Of a stretch of 64,000 bases of DNA, positions 62,504-64,000 are shown in pieces (within the stretch, counting starts at the first letter, position 1; each line of letters opens with the position of its first letter). Location of the stretch: positions 248,001 through 312,000 of the forward strand of contig AP026129.1 of the NCBI GenBank assembly GCA_030295235.1, in the 5' to 3' direction. The position numbers and the translations under genes are program-made. This DNA is from Fistulifera solaris (taxonomy: Eukaryota). A model generated the notes under the pieces. That model searched no databases, had not been told where the DNA came from, and saw only the letters and a list, made by a program, of their open reading frames with translations.

Positions 62504-64000
62504 ATGTCGTCAGCAACAACTAAAAAATTAGATCGCATGCAATCGATGGACTACGGCCGGTTGACACGCGTCCTGGGACGGCCTCCTATTTTTCCGGATT
62601 GGTTGCGAAAGCACATGCCGTCGTTACCCGAAGCGGCGCATCGAATTCAGTGGACGAGTCGCTACACTTCGGCCGGTGCTGTGTGGCCGGTGCACGATCT
62701 GATCTTCAATGATATTTTACTTTGGTTGCTCCCGACGCATGCATTGACGCTTTGGATTAAATTGATGGTGGTGTTAAGTATTCTGATAGGATTGCTCGTG
62801 TACGCACTATTGAATCAAGAGCAATTAGCAGCAGCAGTGCTTGTTGCGACAATAGTCGCGTGGCTTTATTACCAAAGACGAGTCATCACGCTTCCGGGTA
62901 AAGCATGGATGGACCCAACCATTCCAGGTATTAATCGACTGGCGATGCATGTGCCGTTGCGTCTGTTTGAGAGCTTAGAGAGCGCTCGACGAGCCGCTTG
63001 CATGCCACAGTTAATAGCTCTGAACGACAAAATGGAGCTCGCCCCTAACGTGTATCGTCTAGACAACTTGAAGTGGCTATTCTCCCTGCAAGACACTGCG
63101 GAAGAAGCGCTACGTTTGGTGCATGCACAGGAATCACTCGAGTACAGTGCCATTAAGGTGCCTTCCAACTGGACTTTGCAAGGTTTTCGAGATCGACCTA
63201 TCTACACAAACCAGAAGTACCCCTTTCCTTGTCAGCCACCGCTCGTCCCGCACGAGAATCCTACCGGAATTTATTATCTCGAGTTTGAAACGCCGTGGTC
63301 ACTGCAAGCTGCAGCGACAGATTATACCTTGTTATTCCATGGAGTAGAGTCGGCCTGCTACGTATTTCTCAATCAACAATTTGTTGGTTTCTCCAAAGAT
63401 TCACGCTTGCCATTTGAATTCGATGTTACTCCTTTTCTACAGACAAAGAACATGTTGCAAGTGGTCGTTATGCGTTGGTCAGATGGCTCGTACGTTGAAG
63501 ATCAGGACCATTGGTGGATGGCAGGAATCCATCGCTCGGTGGAATTGATACGCCGACCTTCTGCTGCCGATATTTTGGACTATGTGGTGCAAGCGGATGC
63601 GAGCGGGCATCTGACTTGTGCGGTCGATTTACGAGGCAATACGAATCCCAACCGGATGCTTCAAATTAAACTATACAATGACTTGCAACTTAGTGCCGAT
63701 GGTGATGAATGGAAGCCGCAGTCTTGTTTACTAACGAAAGGATACACACTATCTCCGGCGGACCATCACGTGACGATGACGGCAGATATGGATCCCTCCC
63801 TATTGGAGCTCTGGACTGCGGAAACGCCGAATCTCTACACACTTGTTGTAGAGCTTTTGCAAGACAAAAGAGTCGTGCAAGTCGAGTCTTGCCGTGTTGG
63901 TTTTCGCACGGTGGATATCCATGATGGTGCAGTTCATGTGAATGGTAGACCCATAACAGTATGTGGAATGAATCGACACGAACATGACCCCGATCATGGC
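62504..64000 (+). CDS. GH2 beta-galactosidase (LacZ-like) with hydrophobic N-terminal extension; truncated by the window end
   Basis: Frame from ATG 62504 is in phase with the last codon; WMDP...GINRL, VPSNW, PIYTN..YPF, FHGVESA, SKDSRLP.EF, RWSDGSY.EDQD.W.MAGI.R, GFR and G.NRHEH. Confidence 0.9.
   Translation, partial: MSSATTKKLDRMQSMDYGRLTRVLGRPPIFPDWLRKHMPSLPEAAHRIQWTSRYTSAGAVWPVHDLIFNDILLWLLPTHALTLWIKLMVVLSILIGLLVYALLNQEQLAAAVLVATIVAWLYYQRRVITLPGKAWMDPTIPGINRLAMHVPLRLFESLESARRAACMPQLIALNDKMELAPNVYRLDNLKWLFSLQDTAEEALRLVHAQESLEYSAIKVPSNWTLQGFRDRPIYTNQKYPFPCQPPLVPHENPTGIYYLEFETPWSLQAAATDYTLLFHGVESACYVFLNQQFVGFSKDSRLPFEFDVTPFLQTKNMLQVVVMRWSDGSYVEDQDHWWMAGIHRSVELIRRPSAADILDYVVQADASGHLTCAVDLRGNTNPNRMLQIKLYNDLQLSADGDEWKPQSCLLTKGYTLSPADHHVTMTADMDPSLLELWTAETPNLYTLVVELLQDKRVVQVESCRVGFRTVDIHDGAVHVNGRPITVCGMNRHEHDPDHG

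Overview
Gene-dense eukaryotic nuclear DNA, very probably from a diatom (short GT-AG introns, bipartite plastid-targeting presequences, diatom-type 5S rRNA, Copia element). The window opens inside a Ty1/Copia LTR retrotransposon (gag fragment, PBS, ~667-bp LTR, minus strand). It then carries one dispersed 5S rRNA gene and about 30 protein-coding genes, including plastid-type phosphoglucomutase, ATG22-like MFS, GNAT, NOT4, NOC3, Rab5, SWI3, PP2C, COX14-like, MORN, APP1-like HAD phosphatase, DHHC, AP-2 mu, CWC21, TauE, two tandem START-like genes, Yos1, 2OG-Fe(II) oxygenase, NUDIX, SET, PHT4-like transporter, CAP, M17 aminopeptidase, DUF2214, TPR, and a truncated GH2 beta-galactosidase. Many genes have single-base frameshifts in homopolymers, most likely assembly errors. 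The main unexplained structure is non-coding. (1) A dispersed family of ~225-260-bp units delimited by a strongly conserved 21-nt hairpin (CATGACTG-AAATG-CAGTCGTG) occurs at three upstream regions. (2) Two related minisatellite arrays are built on a palindromic CCAGA(A/T)TTTCTGG core, one with higher-order structure. (3) An inverted, intron-lacking pseudogene of the PHT4-like gene is followed by a ~3-kb gene-poor stretch. All calls come from reading the sequence only; no database searches were run, and exon boundaries are approximate.
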